Part shown: piece after piece, positions 39,069 through 48,908 of the stretch
Numbering within the stretch: the first letter of the stretch is position 1
Layout of the letters: each line of letters starts with the position of its first letter
NCBI GenBank assembly: GCA_036444275.1
Contig: JAZGAD010000053.1
Coordinates: 27,341 to 91,340 of the forward strand
Direction: 5' to 3'
DNA from: Candidatus Hydrothermarchaeales archaeon
GTDB taxonomy: Archaea; Hydrothermarchaeota; Hydrothermarchaeia; Hydrothermarchaeales; JAZGAD01
DNA length: 64,000 nucleotides
Translations under genes and position numbers: made by a program
The notes under the pieces: model-generated
Seen by the model: the letters and a program-made list of their open reading frames with translations, nothing else
What the model was told of the DNA's origin: nothing
Databases searched by the model: none

Positions 39069-40406
39069 CTATCTAGATCCTTCTGGAGTTATCCACTGTA
39101 TCCTATTCTCTATGGAATTTATTAGAATCACAATACCAGCGAAGAAAAACATGGCTACATTGAAATCCACTAAACCCGTTTCTATCCCTATAAGAGTATA
39201 AGCCATGAATAGTGAAAACACAGCTGTTGTCAATGCACTTTTAGTCTGCTTTACTGCTTGATAGGCTGCGCCCACTACAATACCAAAAGCAAAGGCAAAG
39301 ACTACTATGCCAGGGATACCAAAGTCCAGCACCACTGTGCCGAAGAGGGTTGAGGTCATGGAGATCCCCTTGATACCAAATATTCTAGCGACTATGGTTC
39401 TGGGACCGAACCTTGAGCCTGGAATAGGTAAAAAGGAGGAAAACGTTGCAAGGGCGACAGAACCGTGGTTAACTCCAAAGACCCAGAACCTATTCACTAA
39501 CCAGTCGTAGATGCTTAGGGTAAGCCCGATCCTCTTCCCTATGATGTCAAAAAAGGCTATAGAGCCGCCCTCTTGTAAGGCTCTAAGATAGCCCACCGAT
39601 GAAATTCCGAAAATAGCAGCGAAAAATGCTAATAATATCTCAGCCGGACCTATGATCTCAGTTTGATACATAGCTATCACACATCCCAATAGAGAAACCA
39701 GCATCTGCGTTCGATAGCCAAGGAGGGACATGAGGAAGGTGGTTGCCAACATGACAAACACTGCATATACTCTGGCCTCGCCTAGAGTCATATTACCCCG
39801 CCTAAATTGTATCCCCATCAAGGATATCATCAAGATACTCCCAGGCACGGTCAATGAGGCCAGCATTGTGTATGTGACGCTTAGGTATCTCCTAGCTAAG
39901 GGATCCAATAGGGGGATGGACCCAACATATAATAGATCAAAGGCAAGGAAGGAAATCCCTACCGCCAGTAGGAAAACAGCAATCCTCCTAGAGCTTGCAT
40001 CCAGATAGATGTCACCAAACTTGGCCATCTTCGAAAACACAGCACCGAGCATGAAAAAGCCAATCCCAATACCAATAGATGCCAAAGCCAGATTAGAGAG
40101 CCTATAGCTGCTTATTCCCACGAAGCCGAGGTAGACAAGAGGAAATATAAGAAGAGGGTTGAAGATTCCGCCCCCTGATATCACACCACGCCCTAACCTC
40201 GAATTAATCCTATCTAAATACGACCATAACCTCTTCGGGTAAACGCTGGAAAGGTGTTGTAGGACCTTACGAACAAGGGATCTAGAGAATGCAGATTCCA
40301 AGAAATCAAGGAATGCTAGGATGCACTGTAGGGTTATACTATCTTCAAAGGATCTTTTAATAAAGCTAGAAGAATCAAAAACAGCTGAGAGGAATATACT
40401 TCTCAA
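39069..40406 (-). CDS. Wzy-like oligosaccharide repeat-unit polymerase family membrane protein
   Basis: ~11 TM segments, LLGYRT motif, T-S-T-L-F-G-x-x-x-L-D-F-G motif. Confidence 0.72.
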   Translation of the reverse strand: MRSIFLSAVFDSSSFIKRSFEDSITLQCILAFLDFLESAFSRSLVRKVLQHLSSVYPKRLWSYLDRINSRLGRGVISGGGIFNPLLIFPLVYLGFVGISSYRLSNLALASIGIGIGFFMLGAVFSKMAKFGDIYLDASSRRIAVFLLAVGISFLAFDLLYVGSIPLLDPLARRYLSVTYTMLASLTVPGSILMISLMGIQFRRGNMTLGEARVYAVFVMLATTFLMSLLGYRTQMLVSLLGCVIAMYQTEIIGPAEILLAFFAAIFGISSVGYLRALQEGGSIAFFDIIGKRIGLTLSIYDWLVNRFWVFGVNHGSVALATFSSFLPIPGSRFGPRTIVARIFGIKGISMTSTLFGTVVLDFGIPGIVVFAFAFGIVVGAAYQAVKQTKSALTTAVFSLFMAYTLIGIETGLVDFNVAMFFFAGIVILINSIENRIQWITPEGSR

Positions 40407-40465
40407 GGTACCGCCTCAGAGAAACTTGTTCGATTGCATGAAATGCCTCTAGATTCTGATGTAGT

Positions 40466-41242
40466 CTACAAGAGTTCCTCAACACTGGCTATGTGGTACT
40501 CTTCCTGAAGAGGTAGTCCACTGGGTTTCTTTCTGTAGCCTGCTACTACCGTGGTCTTTCCAATAGTCACTTTTTCGCTCCCGATTTTTAATTTTTGCAA
40601 CTCTGTGAGTTCTGCTAGGTTAACCCTGAAGATCGCCTCCGTATTACCCCCTTGTATGATCGGTGTGGATTTCACTAGGTATAGCTCCTCAAATTGGTTA
40701 TGGATCATCTTTGTGCTCTCAACAGGCCTTGTAAATGAGATATCAGTGGTAAGAAGGAGATGGTCTGCCTTGAGTTCCTGCTTCTTTATGTTGAGATAAT
40801 CCAAAAGCTCGGTATAGCTGGAGAATTCCATGGGCTCGATGTAGAGGCTCAGTACATAGTTGTCCAAGGGCTGAAAGATTATATCCGAAGCAGCTATATC
40901 TTCTAGGTAGCCCATGCTTCCACCCACACCTACTGTCTTGCCATCCCTCAGTTTGACTGTTAAGCTACCACCTCTCGCAGCCAGGATCAAACCGTTGGAG
41001 TGAAAATCGCTTTCGTCAACGATCCACTTACCGGTTATTTCTGCCTCTACTAGAAAGCCCTTAGAACTCAACTTCTGGTATGTCTGGATGGCATTGTACA
41101 TCTCCTCCCCGCCGAATACCAAATCCTTTCCGAGGATCTGGTTTGCAAAGGAAAAGGCTATGAAGGTCACCACCAAAAGAACGGCTAGGTCTATGAAGTT
41201 TACCCCAAGTAGCTTCCCTTCTTTAGTGTCAATGAGCTTCAT
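40466..41242 (-). CDS. Membrane-anchored hypothetical protein (DUF4330-like N-terminus)
   Basis: LIDTKEGKLLGVNFIDLAVLLVV followed by a soluble domain. Confidence 0.7.
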   Translation of the reverse strand: MKLIDTKEGKLLGVNFIDLAVLLVVTFIAFSFANQILGKDLVFGGEEMYNAIQTYQKLSSKGFLVEAEITGKWIVDESDFHSNGLILAARGGSLTVKLRDGKTVGVGGSMGYLEDIAASDIIFQPLDNYVLSLYIEPMEFSSYTELLDYLNIKKQELKADHLLLTTDISFTRPVESTKMIHNQFEELYLVKSTPIIQGGNTEAIFRVNLAELTELQKLKIGSEKVTIGKTTVVAGYRKKPSGLPLQEEYHIASVEELL

Positions 41243-41583
41243 TTCTCACTTCCCCTCGTTGCAAAGTAGATTAAATTGACTAAGAAGATGGTGAAGAAGG
41301 TCAACTTAAATACATTGTTGAAGCCAGGGACATGTAGGTAGGACCCACCAAACAATCGATACATGATATTTACGAATAAGAAGTAGAGAGCGTTGAAGAC
41401 AAAGAGGAATCTCTCGAAGAAGGCCCGGTATATCAGAAAGACATTGTATCTATCGAAGAGGTCTACAGCCAGCAAGAGGTATAGAACGATCATCTGGACA
41501 AGTGTTAATCCTACAGCAAAGCCTAGGACTTCTAGAACAGCCTCCAGCCTTCCAGTATCACTGGGCCATGTAAACCTTCCCAT
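41239..41583 (-). CDS. Hypothetical membrane protein
   Basis: Three hydrophobic segments; GGAGG RBS; stop overlaps next start. Confidence 0.7.
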   Translation of the reverse strand: MGRFTWPSDTGRLEAVLEVLGFAVGLTLVQMIVLYLLLAVDLFDRYNVFLIYRAFFERFLFVFNALYFLFVNIMYRLFGGSYLHVPGFNNVFKLTFFTIFLVNLIYFATRGSEK

Positions 41584-41622
41584 ACCTCCCGCTTTACCGC
41601 AGATACCATTAAAAACTTTCTA

Positions 41623-42759
41623 TTACTCAAAGAGGTATCCCATTTCCCGCCTGATATAATAGTCGGCGTCGAAGTCATCGTTACCCATGTGAGTGTTGTA
41701 TACAAATAACCCCTTGTGGATTAGCGTCCCATAATAGACGTTACCCGCTATTTCATGTATAACTGGCAAGGACCTACCCTGGTAGACAAGGGTTTTCTCT
41801 ACAGGCGTCTTTCCTGCTCTCAAATACTTCTCTTTAACTAACTCTAGGAAGGCCTCCGCATCACCTACTGTATCAAATTTGGATACATATATCTTCCCTA
41901 TTGGCAACTCATAGGTAGCCGTTATATCCTTTACATAGCCCGAGGTCTTTGGGGGATATTTGAGGGTATATTCATATTCTGCTTTGGGCATGGATTCTAT
42001 TTTGGCTGCTCCCTTTGGTACTAGATCGTTTATAGATGTGGCTGGGGAAGAAAAACCTTCAAGGATAGGCGGGAGGGAAGGCATCTCAGGATGAGGTTCT
42101 CCATCGAAGAGGTAATCCATGTTCTGCTTGATGTATAGTTCGGCGTTGAAGTCGTCCTTGCCCATCGTAACATAGTAGATGAATAATCCCCTCTTGAATA
42201 AGGTGCCAAAGTATTCCTTGTATTCTATTTTATGATAAACAGTCAGGGTCTTACTTCCCACTGTTAGGGTTCTTTCTACCATGGGAGTACCTTTCCAAGA
42301 ACTCTTTTCTACTATGGCATTGAAGAAATCCTCTGCGTCTCCAGCGCTTGTATACTTCAACAGATAGATAGTACCTGTGGGACTCTTATAGGTGGCCTTT
42401 ATGCCTTCTTCCAGGATCTTGGTCTTAATTGGGAACTTAAGAGTGAAGTCATAGTCGGCGTCGCTGAGAGCTTTAACCGTGTCGGGGGTTGGTATGATAT
42501 CACTTAAGGCCGTGGAGGCAGAGAGAAATTTACTCGCAGGGGTAGGTGGAGGGGTTGTAGTTGGAGGAGAGGTTGTAGGTGGAGGGGTTGTAGTTGGAGG
42601 AGAGGTTGTAGTAGGGATAACTGGAGGAGCAGTAGTGGGCGCGACTATAGGAGGTTGCGTTGTCGGTACTGGAGTCTCAGTCACCTCTGGCTTTTCTCCA
42701 ACGCATCCGCTACCGAAAAGGATCATTATCGCGAGAAGTATAGCGACCTTATAGCTCAT
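41623..42759 (-). CDS. Lipoprotein with Pro/Thr linker and two tandem ~140-aa domains
   Basis: Lipobox LFGSGC; PTT repeats; duplicated TLK.P...ATY...G.IY..K....GDAE.F...YGTL..KGLF.Y...MG.DDF.A..YI...M.YLF. Confidence 0.82.
   Translation of the reverse strand: MSYKVAILLAIMILFGSGCVGEKPEVTETPVPTTQPPIVAPTTAPPVIPTTTSPPTTTPPPTTSPPTTTPPPTPASKFLSASTALSDIIPTPDTVKALSDADYDFTLKFPIKTKILEEGIKATYKSPTGTIYLLKYTSAGDAEDFFNAIVEKSSWKGTPMVERTLTVGSKTLTVYHKIEYKEYFGTLFKRGLFIYYVTMGKDDFNAELYIKQNMDYLFDGEPHPEMPSLPPILEGFSSPATSINDLVPKGAAKIESMPKAEYEYTLKYPPKTSGYVKDITATYELPIGKIYVSKFDTVGDAEAFLELVKEKYLRAGKTPVEKTLVYQGRSLPVIHEIAGNVYYGTLIHKGLFVYNTHMGNDDFDADYYIRREMGYLFE
42542..42610. repeat. Tandem repeat encoding the PTTSPPTTTPP linker
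   Basis: Two consecutive 33-bp copies of gtaggtggaggggttgtagttggaggagaggtt. Confidence 0.8.
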
Positions 42760-42792
42760 AATAACCTCCAAGTTTCTTTCATTCATCTTTCC

Positions 42793-43812
42793 TTATAAAG
42801 TCTTCTGAGAGGGGAAGGAGAAGTTAACTACATCCTGTCTAAATCTTTCATTCCTATAGATAGGATACTCAAATTCCATTTTCCTCCTATCCTCAACCTT
42901 AAATCCTATGTTTTCTAGGACGCCCTCCACTATCTCAGCATTAAAAGATGGATCGTGAAGGGGCCTCCAGAGTGCGACCTCCCATAGATCTTGGGGATAG
43001 AATTCCTCAACATTAGAGAGAGGCTTCAATGGCTCCAATAGGAGGAGTCTGCCGCCCCGCTTCAATTTCCTTGATAGCTCTTGTAGAACCTTCAAGGGTT
43101 TCAATACATACTCCAAAAAGGCATCACAGACGACAAGATCAAGGCTTCCATCCCTAAACGGGAAACCAGCCTCAGCATCATAGACAATGCATCCAACTGA
43201 GCCAGATTTCAACCAATCTCGTGTCCTACTCAAGATGGATGGAGAGATATTACCGAGCGCAGTGAAGCCTTCCTTTGAGAGGATTCTCAAATACTCTTTG
43301 ATACCTGTTGCAACATCAAAACTAGTTCCCTTCTGAACGTCAATCATCTCACGGAAATTTTCGATTCTCGCTTCACCTATCCTATTCGGTTCGCTCCTCT
43401 TGCCTTTCCCCACAGCTATACTCATGCGTTCATATCTCTCAAAAAAAGCCTTTCTAGATAGAAGATCAACGAAGTACTCCTCGCCGACTCGTAGCTTTTT
43501 TGCCCGGCCCCTATCGTCAAGCTTAATCTCAACCTTCTTCGATTTGCCCCCTTTCTCTCTCTCGAACAAAGCCAATAATTCCTTTCTCCCCCTCTTCAGT
43601 TCCATGAGGCGCACAGCGCCCCTTGCTACACCTTCTGTTGGCACTATACTTACCCAAGTTAGGCCTTCTTTAATTTCGTGTTCACCGTGGATTGAGCATA
43701 GCCATTCATCGCTGTAGAGTTTTTTAACTTCAACTTTCTCCTTGGAGGCATCGTGGACTTCCCCTAATACGTGAATAGCTCTCCGTTTTCCCCTCCGCAT
43801 CCCTATTTCCAT
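42793..43812 (-). CDS. Class I SAM-dependent methyltransferase-like protein with N-terminal extension
   Basis: FDVATG, YDAEAGFPFRDGSLDLVV, LKRGGRLLLLEP. Confidence 0.72.
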   Translation of the reverse strand: MEIGMRRGKRRAIHVLGEVHDASKEKVEVKKLYSDEWLCSIHGEHEIKEGLTWVSIVPTEGVARGAVRLMELKRGRKELLALFEREKGGKSKKVEIKLDDRGRAKKLRVGEEYFVDLLSRKAFFERYERMSIAVGKGKRSEPNRIGEARIENFREMIDVQKGTSFDVATGIKEYLRILSKEGFTALGNISPSILSRTRDWLKSGSVGCIVYDAEAGFPFRDGSLDLVVCDAFLEYVLKPLKVLQELSRKLKRGGRLLLLEPLKPLSNVEEFYPQDLWEVALWRPLHDPSFNAEIVEGVLENIGFKVEDRRKMEFEYPIYRNERFRQDVVNFSFPSQKTL

Positions 43813-43814
43813 AG

Positions 43815-44462
43815 CTACCCCCATCCGTAGCATGCCTTACATATGTGCTTCCCAGCCTTTTCTATAGTTCTCGACCTTTCAACTAGATCCCCGCATTCAT
43901 CACAGGTTATAGGGTTGGGTATATACTGCTGTTCCAACGGATATTGGAGTTTACGTGGGTCTACCTCAACTTTGCTGACTTCAAAGAGTTCCTCATCCTT
44001 CATCTTGCTCCACTTCTCTATCAGCCTTTCCTCTGTTTCATCCAGCTTTCTCCGTTCGGCTTCAGCCTGTTCAATGTCTTTACCTTCTAGACTTTGATAG
44101 AATTTATTCAGTTTTGTGCCGAATGCTATGTGCTCTTCGTCTATCTCTTCGACGCATTTCACCCTCACAGCATCCTTAGTACGCCGGTTGCAGAAGATGG
44201 CTGAGAACTTTCCGTGATCCAAGAAGACTACTCTGCCGCTCCCAAAGCTGCACTGTGTTGCAGCCGCTATGCCATCAGTTGCACAGGTCAGGATCTCTAC
44301 ACCGACGCAAAGGTCCTTCTTCCTATCTAACTTAAGGTGCTTCATTGCATAGAGGCCCATTCGCGTTCCAAGATATGAAGCGGTGCAGATATGACCATGG
44401 ATCTTAGGCACTGTCGTTAAAGCCTCTTCTAGAGATGGAAAAGTGACTCTTTTTTTAGGCAT
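43815..44462 (-). CDS. FmdE/FwdE-family protein with C-terminal zinc finger
   Basis: HGHICT..LG.RMG, CATDGI...CSFGSG, CDECG...CKAC. Confidence 0.88.
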   Translation of the reverse strand: MPKKRVTFPSLEEALTTVPKIHGHICTASYLGTRMGLYAMKHLKLDRKKDLCVGVEILTCATDGIAAATQCSFGSGRVVFLDHGKFSAIFCNRRTKDAVRVKCVEEIDEEHIAFGTKLNKFYQSLEGKDIEQAEAERRKLDETEERLIEKWSKMKDEELFEVSKVEVDPRKLQYPLEQQYIPNPITCDECGDLVERSRTIEKAGKHICKACYGWG

Positions 44463-44608
44463 AGCAGTTGCTTGCCTTCAAGAGGGATAAAACTTATGGT
44501 ATATGGTGCCCAGGGTCTATAGCTGGGGGCTGGAGGAGGCGGGGTGCATAAGCTTTATATTCTCGTCCCTTCCAACTAAGGCTGTTTTGACAAACGGAGG
44601 AAAAAAGA

Positions 44609-44989
44609 ATGGCTGTACAACAGGGGGAAAGCAAGAGGAAGATTACTGGAGGCAGGTTACGACGTAAGAGGAAGAAGAAAAAATTCGAGATGGGGGGTGA
44701 GCTGATTAAACCCGTCATAGGTAAGAAGAGGGTTAAAAAGATCAGGGCAAGAGGTGGGGACTTCAAGTTCAGGGTCCTGCTAGCAGAAGAAGCCAATGTC
44801 TTGGTCCCTAAGACTAAAAAATGCAAAAGATCCAAAATCCTGAGTGTAGTTGAGAATACAGCCAATCCGCATTTCGCTAGAAGAAACATAATCACTAAGG
44901 GAGCTATGATATTGACGGAGCTGGGAAAAGCAAAAATCACATCCCGCCCTGGACAGGATGGCATCATCAACGCGGTATTGGTAGAGTGA
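44609..44989 (+). CDS. rps8e: 30S ribosomal protein S8e
   Basis: SKRKITGG, RARGG, NPHFARRNIITKGA, TSRPGQDGIINAVL. Confidence 0.98.
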   Translation: MAVQQGESKRKITGGRLRRKRKKKKFEMGGELIKPVIGKKRVKKIRARGGDFKFRVLLAEEANVLVPKTKKCKRSKILSVVENTANPHFARRNIITKGAMILTELGKAKITSRPGQDGIINAVLVE

Positions 44990-45129
44990 TTCTCAAGTAA
45001 GTTAGGAAAATGATGGGATAATGGAACAAAGGGAAGGCGAGGAAGACTTTGCACTAAGATGGTTTCAGATTGTGTTAACTCTTCCTGTTTATAATCGGTT
45101 TTGCAGTGCTCTTTCTAGATGGGATGGAT

Positions 45130-45534
45130 ATGAGAAAGATTCTGGTTCCTCTTAGGTACCCTATTACCCAACGGGGTGTAAGGACTTTAAAGAAGGCTCT
45201 GGAAGCAGCTCCGGAGGCGGACACGGTACTGATAGTATACCACATTAACTTATTGTACGAGGACAATAAAATTACTAAGAGGATGTTGCAGAGGGAAGTG
45301 GAGGAAGAGGTCCCAGAGGTCAATGCTCTACCTAAAGTAACCTACTCTGTAGAGAACAGCTACCTCCTAGATGAGTCTATTCTGAAAAAGATTTCCCTTA
45401 GCAAAATCGATACAGTTATAATGGGAAAGAGCATGGTTCCGAGGTGGCGGAGATTTATAAAGTTTTGGAGTGGCTATAAAATCACCGACGAGATAAAAAA
45501 GGCAGCTGATTGCAAGGTAATCGTGGTGCAATAA
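45130..45534 (+). CDS. Universal stress protein-like
   Basis: RKILVPL, DTVIMGKS, IKKAADCKVIVV. Confidence 0.8.
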   Translation: MRKILVPLRYPITQRGVRTLKKALEAAPEADTVLIVYHINLLYEDNKITKRMLQREVEEEVPEVNALPKVTYSVENSYLLDESILKKISLSKIDTVIMGKSMVPRWRRFIKFWSGYKITDEIKKAADCKVIVVQ

Positions 45535-46460
45535 TGGTAATTAGTACACTCTTAGCTAAGATGACTGCGGTTGCAGAGGCAGTTCTTTTCAGGATATATG
45601 AGAAGGTAGTAGAGTTCATTCCTAACCTAATAGTAGCAATTATCATCCTCCTAGTGGGTATAAGGCTCGCCAAGTGGACTGTGCGCTATTCCGGTCCTGT
45701 GATAGCTAGGACAATAAGGCGGCCTGCTATGATAGACCTTACTTTAAGGAGCATAAAATATGCTGTCATTGCAACTGCATTAATGATAGCTCTATCCACC
45801 ATCGGCCTAGACTTAACGCCTCTTTTTACAGCTGTAATCGCTTCCAGCGTCATCATTGGTATAATAATCGCCCCTATGGTTTCTAGTTATCTAGGAGGTT
45901 TATTCATCCTTGTCGATCGGCCTTTCGAGGTAGGTGACCGCATAGAGATCACAGGTCTCAAGGTCGCAGGCTTCGTAAAGGAGATAGGCTTCAGGGTGAC
46001 GCGTATCCTTACGACTGATGGTAACCTCGTTGTCATACCGAATACAGAGATAGCTAAGAAGGATCTGATAAACTATTCAGCTGAAGAGCTTCGCACACGG
46101 AGAGAGCTCCCGGTTATGATATCGTATGAGTCTGACTTGGCTAAGGCAATGCAGATAATGATAAAGGCTGCCAAGGAGGTAGACGGCGTGATCAAGAGGG
46201 GTGAAATATCCATGATATCGGGGGTTGAGAAGGTTCTAGCGCCCCAGGTATTAATTCAGGGTTTTGGTGACAGTGGAATAGAGCTCGTTCTCAGAGTCTG
46301 GTACAAAAATCCTTACTATCTTAAGAAAAAAAATTCAGACGTATATGAGCGAATATTCTATGGGTTCCAAAAGGAGGGTATTAATATACCTTATCCACAT
46401 CGGGACCTAATCCTCAAAGATTATATATTCAAAAAGACAGATAATACCTTGGAGAAGTAG
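45534..46460 (+). CDS. mscS: Small-conductance mechanosensitive channel
   Basis: RPFEVGDRIEI, G.V.EIGFRVT, VIPN, INYS, FGDSGI, INIPYPHR. Confidence 0.92.
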   Translation: MVISTLLAKMTAVAEAVLFRIYEKVVEFIPNLIVAIIILLVGIRLAKWTVRYSGPVIARTIRRPAMIDLTLRSIKYAVIATALMIALSTIGLDLTPLFTAVIASSVIIGIIIAPMVSSYLGGLFILVDRPFEVGDRIEITGLKVAGFVKEIGFRVTRILTTDGNLVVIPNTEIAKKDLINYSAEELRTRRELPVMISYESDLAKAMQIMIKAAKEVDGVIKRGEISMISGVEKVLAPQVLIQGFGDSGIELVLRVWYKNPYYLKKKNSDVYERIFYGFQKEGINIPYPHRDLILKDYIFKKTDNTLEK

Positions 46461-46479
46461 TCGGGAGGAAAGAAACAAG

Positions 46480-47745
46480 TTGCCAATTTCGCTGTTCTTT
46501 GGACTAATATCTCTAGTTGTACTGCTGTTGCTGTCTGCCTTTTTCTCAGGCTCAGAGACTGCTCTGATGTCGTTGAATAGGATTCGTATTAAGAATATGG
46601 CAGAGAAGGGAGACAAAAACGCTGGTATAGTGGAGGAGCTGTTGAAGCACCCTAATCGACTCCTAGCCACCATCCTTGTGGGCAACAACATAGTGAACAT
46701 CGCAGCAGCAGCTATCGCCACTTCCCTCGCTATAAAAGTTTTTAGTAACTGGGGAATTGGAATAGCAACCGGCACCATAACCTTGTTGGTATTAGTCTTC
46801 GGCGAGATGACTCCGAAATCCATAGCTGCTGGAAAAGCCGAGAGGATATCCTTGTTAATTGCGAGGCCCATAAGACTCCTGGTTGGGCTCCTCTATCCAG
46901 TGGTTAGGGCTCTAGTCTTCATAACTACGCCCCTGGTCAAACGCCTTGGAGGCGAACCACGCTTCAGCATGCTTCTTACCGAGGAGGAGATCAAGATGAT
47001 GGTATCGGTAGGGGAGGAAGAAGGTGTCATAGAGACTGAAGAGAAGGAAATGATCCACGGAATATTTGAATTCGGGGATACCGAGGCTAAGGAGATAATG
47101 GCGCCCAGAATCGACATCGTAGGAATCAACACAGATGCATCCCTGGAGGAAGCTCAGGACTTGGTGCTGCAATCCGGGCACTCCAAGATACCTACATATG
47201 AGGAGACAATAGACAACATTATAGGCATAGTTCACGCCAGAGACCTCCTTCGAGCTCTCAAGGATAAAAAGCAATTGAAGGATATAATGAGGCCCGCATA
47301 CTATGTTCCTGAGACGAAAAAGTTGGACGAGTTACTGAGCGAACTCAAGGAGCGAAAGACACAGTTGGCGATAGTGGTGGATGAGTATGGTGGCACGGCC
47401 GGTTTAGTTACTGTAGAAGACATCGTTGAAGAGATAGTGGGGGAGATCATGGATGAATATGACGTGGAGGAGATACCCGTACAGAAGCTGGATGAGAATA
47501 CCGCCATAATTGACGCAAAGCTTAACCTAAAAGATCTGAATGAGGCTTTAGAAATGGCGTTATCAGAGGAAGAATTTGACACTGTTGGAGGCCTAATCTT
47601 TAACGTACTTGGTAAGATCCCTGCTGTTGGTGAGAAGATTGTAATCGACGGCGTAGTACTATCCGTAGAACGGATGCGGGGAAGGAGAATCACTAAGGTA
47701 AAGGTAGTGAAAAAAACACAGGAAAAACAGGAAGAGACTACGTAA
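46480..47745 (+). CDS. CNNM/CorB (hemolysin-like) CBS-domain Mg2+/Co2+ transporter
   Basis: SAFFSGSETA, LVGNNIVN, FGEMTPKS, VVDEYGGTAGLVTVEDIVEEIVGEI, CorC domain. Confidence 0.93.
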   Translation: MPISLFFGLISLVVLLLLSAFFSGSETALMSLNRIRIKNMAEKGDKNAGIVEELLKHPNRLLATILVGNNIVNIAAAAIATSLAIKVFSNWGIGIATGTITLLVLVFGEMTPKSIAAGKAERISLLIARPIRLLVGLLYPVVRALVFITTPLVKRLGGEPRFSMLLTEEEIKMMVSVGEEEGVIETEEKEMIHGIFEFGDTEAKEIMAPRIDIVGINTDASLEEAQDLVLQSGHSKIPTYEETIDNIIGIVHARDLLRALKDKKQLKDIMRPAYYVPETKKLDELLSELKERKTQLAIVVDEYGGTAGLVTVEDIVEEIVGEIMDEYDVEEIPVQKLDENTAIIDAKLNLKDLNEALEMALSEEEFDTVGGLIFNVLGKIPAVGEKIVIDGVVLSVERMRGRRITKVKVVKKTQEKQEETT

Positions 47746-47769
47746 TTTATTTAGTGTAGTGTCTAACTA

Positions 47770-48027
47770 CTAGGCCCGGGGAATGCCTCCCTCGTTTATT
47801 ATTAGGACATCTTTTACTGCCTTGACTGCTGTGAATGGTATCAGAATCTCTCCGCGCTCATTCAGCCTAAAGTATTTTGGGTCTATATCCTTCCCGGGCT
47901 TGATTATAAGCATCATGACTTTTCCAGCCATGGTCTCGATGGAGAGATCTATAAGCTTACCTATAACCGTGCCCCTATCGCTCACAACATTTCTCCCTAC
48001 TAGGCTTCGTCCGAGGATCTTTGCCAT
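47770..48027 (-). CDS. PRC-barrel protein (archaeal CdpB-like)
   Basis: LVGRNVVSDRGTVIGKLIDL...IPFTAVKAVKDVLII. Confidence 0.85.
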   Translation of the reverse strand: MAKILGRSLVGRNVVSDRGTVIGKLIDLSIETMAGKVMMLIIKPGKDIDPKYFRLNERGEILIPFTAVKAVKDVLIINEGGIPRA

Positions 48028-48092
48028 GCTCTCCTCCTTTTATATATTTGGGAAAACATTACTACTACTTAAATCTTATTCAGGGGTTTCAT

Positions 48093-48329
48093 ATGTTGCA
48101 GCTTGAGGTAGATGAAGAGAAGTGCAATGGAGATGGTGTTTGTAGGAAGGTCTGTCCAAAGGGGCCTAGAATCTGGAGGATCGAGGATACAAAACAGGGA
48201 AGGAAGGCAGTAATTCTTGATCCATCCTTCTGTCTACTATGTGGCATGTGTGTAACTAGGTGCCCTACTAACGCCATAAAAATTCAGATAGATAGCGGTG
48301 ATTACATATCCATTCTAGGCGGAGTTTGA
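48093..48329 (+). CDS. 2x[4Fe-4S]-type ferredoxin
   Basis: CNGDGVCRKVCP and CLLCGMCVTRCP; first motif has Asp in place of one Cys. Confidence 0.88.
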   Translation: MLQLEVDEEKCNGDGVCRKVCPKGPRIWRIEDTKQGRKAVILDPSFCLLCGMCVTRCPTNAIKIQIDSGDYISILGGV

Positions 48330-48345
48330 GATCAGAAATAGAACA

Positions 48346-48819
48346 TCAGATGAACAGGGTGATATTTGAGTCGGCGGCTATATCCAGAAAGCCTGCTACC
48401 CCCAAGATTTTCTCCACCTCTGGAATTAAGTCCTCTTTCTTGATTTTCATCATACCCATAGTTGGAGAACAAGCGTAGAAGTGCACTCCAGCTTTGTGTG
48501 CCATCTTTATCAGCTTTGGTATGCTGGCGATCCCGCTCTTCTTTATCTGGTCCTTCATCATCTTCGTCGCCAAAGGCGTCATCCCAGGCAAAACCGATAG
48601 AATGTTGGGCATAGGCATAGGCATCTCTGGCTTACCAACTGGAGATATCCCCAGCTTCTCTGCTTTGTCCTTCAGTATTATGTTAATGCCCCAAAAGGTG
48701 AAGAACAAGTGGACCTCTGCCCCCATATCTGCTGCTCCAGTGGCTATCATCAAGGGGGGATACGCCATATCTAAGGTTCCCTTGCTGGCTATTATGCAGA
48801 CCTTTTTGAGTTCTACCAT
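48346..48819 (-). CDS. DsrE2/DrsE-like sulfur-relay protein
   Basis: KGTLDMAYPPL, LFFTFWG, ACSPTM. Confidence 0.88.
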   Translation of the reverse strand: MVELKKVCIIASKGTLDMAYPPLMIATGAADMGAEVHLFFTFWGINIILKDKAEKLGISPVGKPEMPMPMPNILSVLPGMTPLATKMMKDQIKKSGIASIPKLIKMAHKAGVHFYACSPTMGMMKIKKEDLIPEVEKILGVAGFLDIAADSNITLFI

Positions 48820-48908
48820 TTTGCACTCGCTACTGAAAGTTCGTAAAATTACCAAGTAAAAAGAAAAAGATTAAGCACGAAAAGAATAACCCGGACCTAT
48901 AAAACCCT

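Noticed and set aside
43815-44462. Formylmethanofuran dehydrogenase operon
   Set aside because: FmdE-family proteins are often stand-alone, and no fmd/fwd catalytic subunits are nearby
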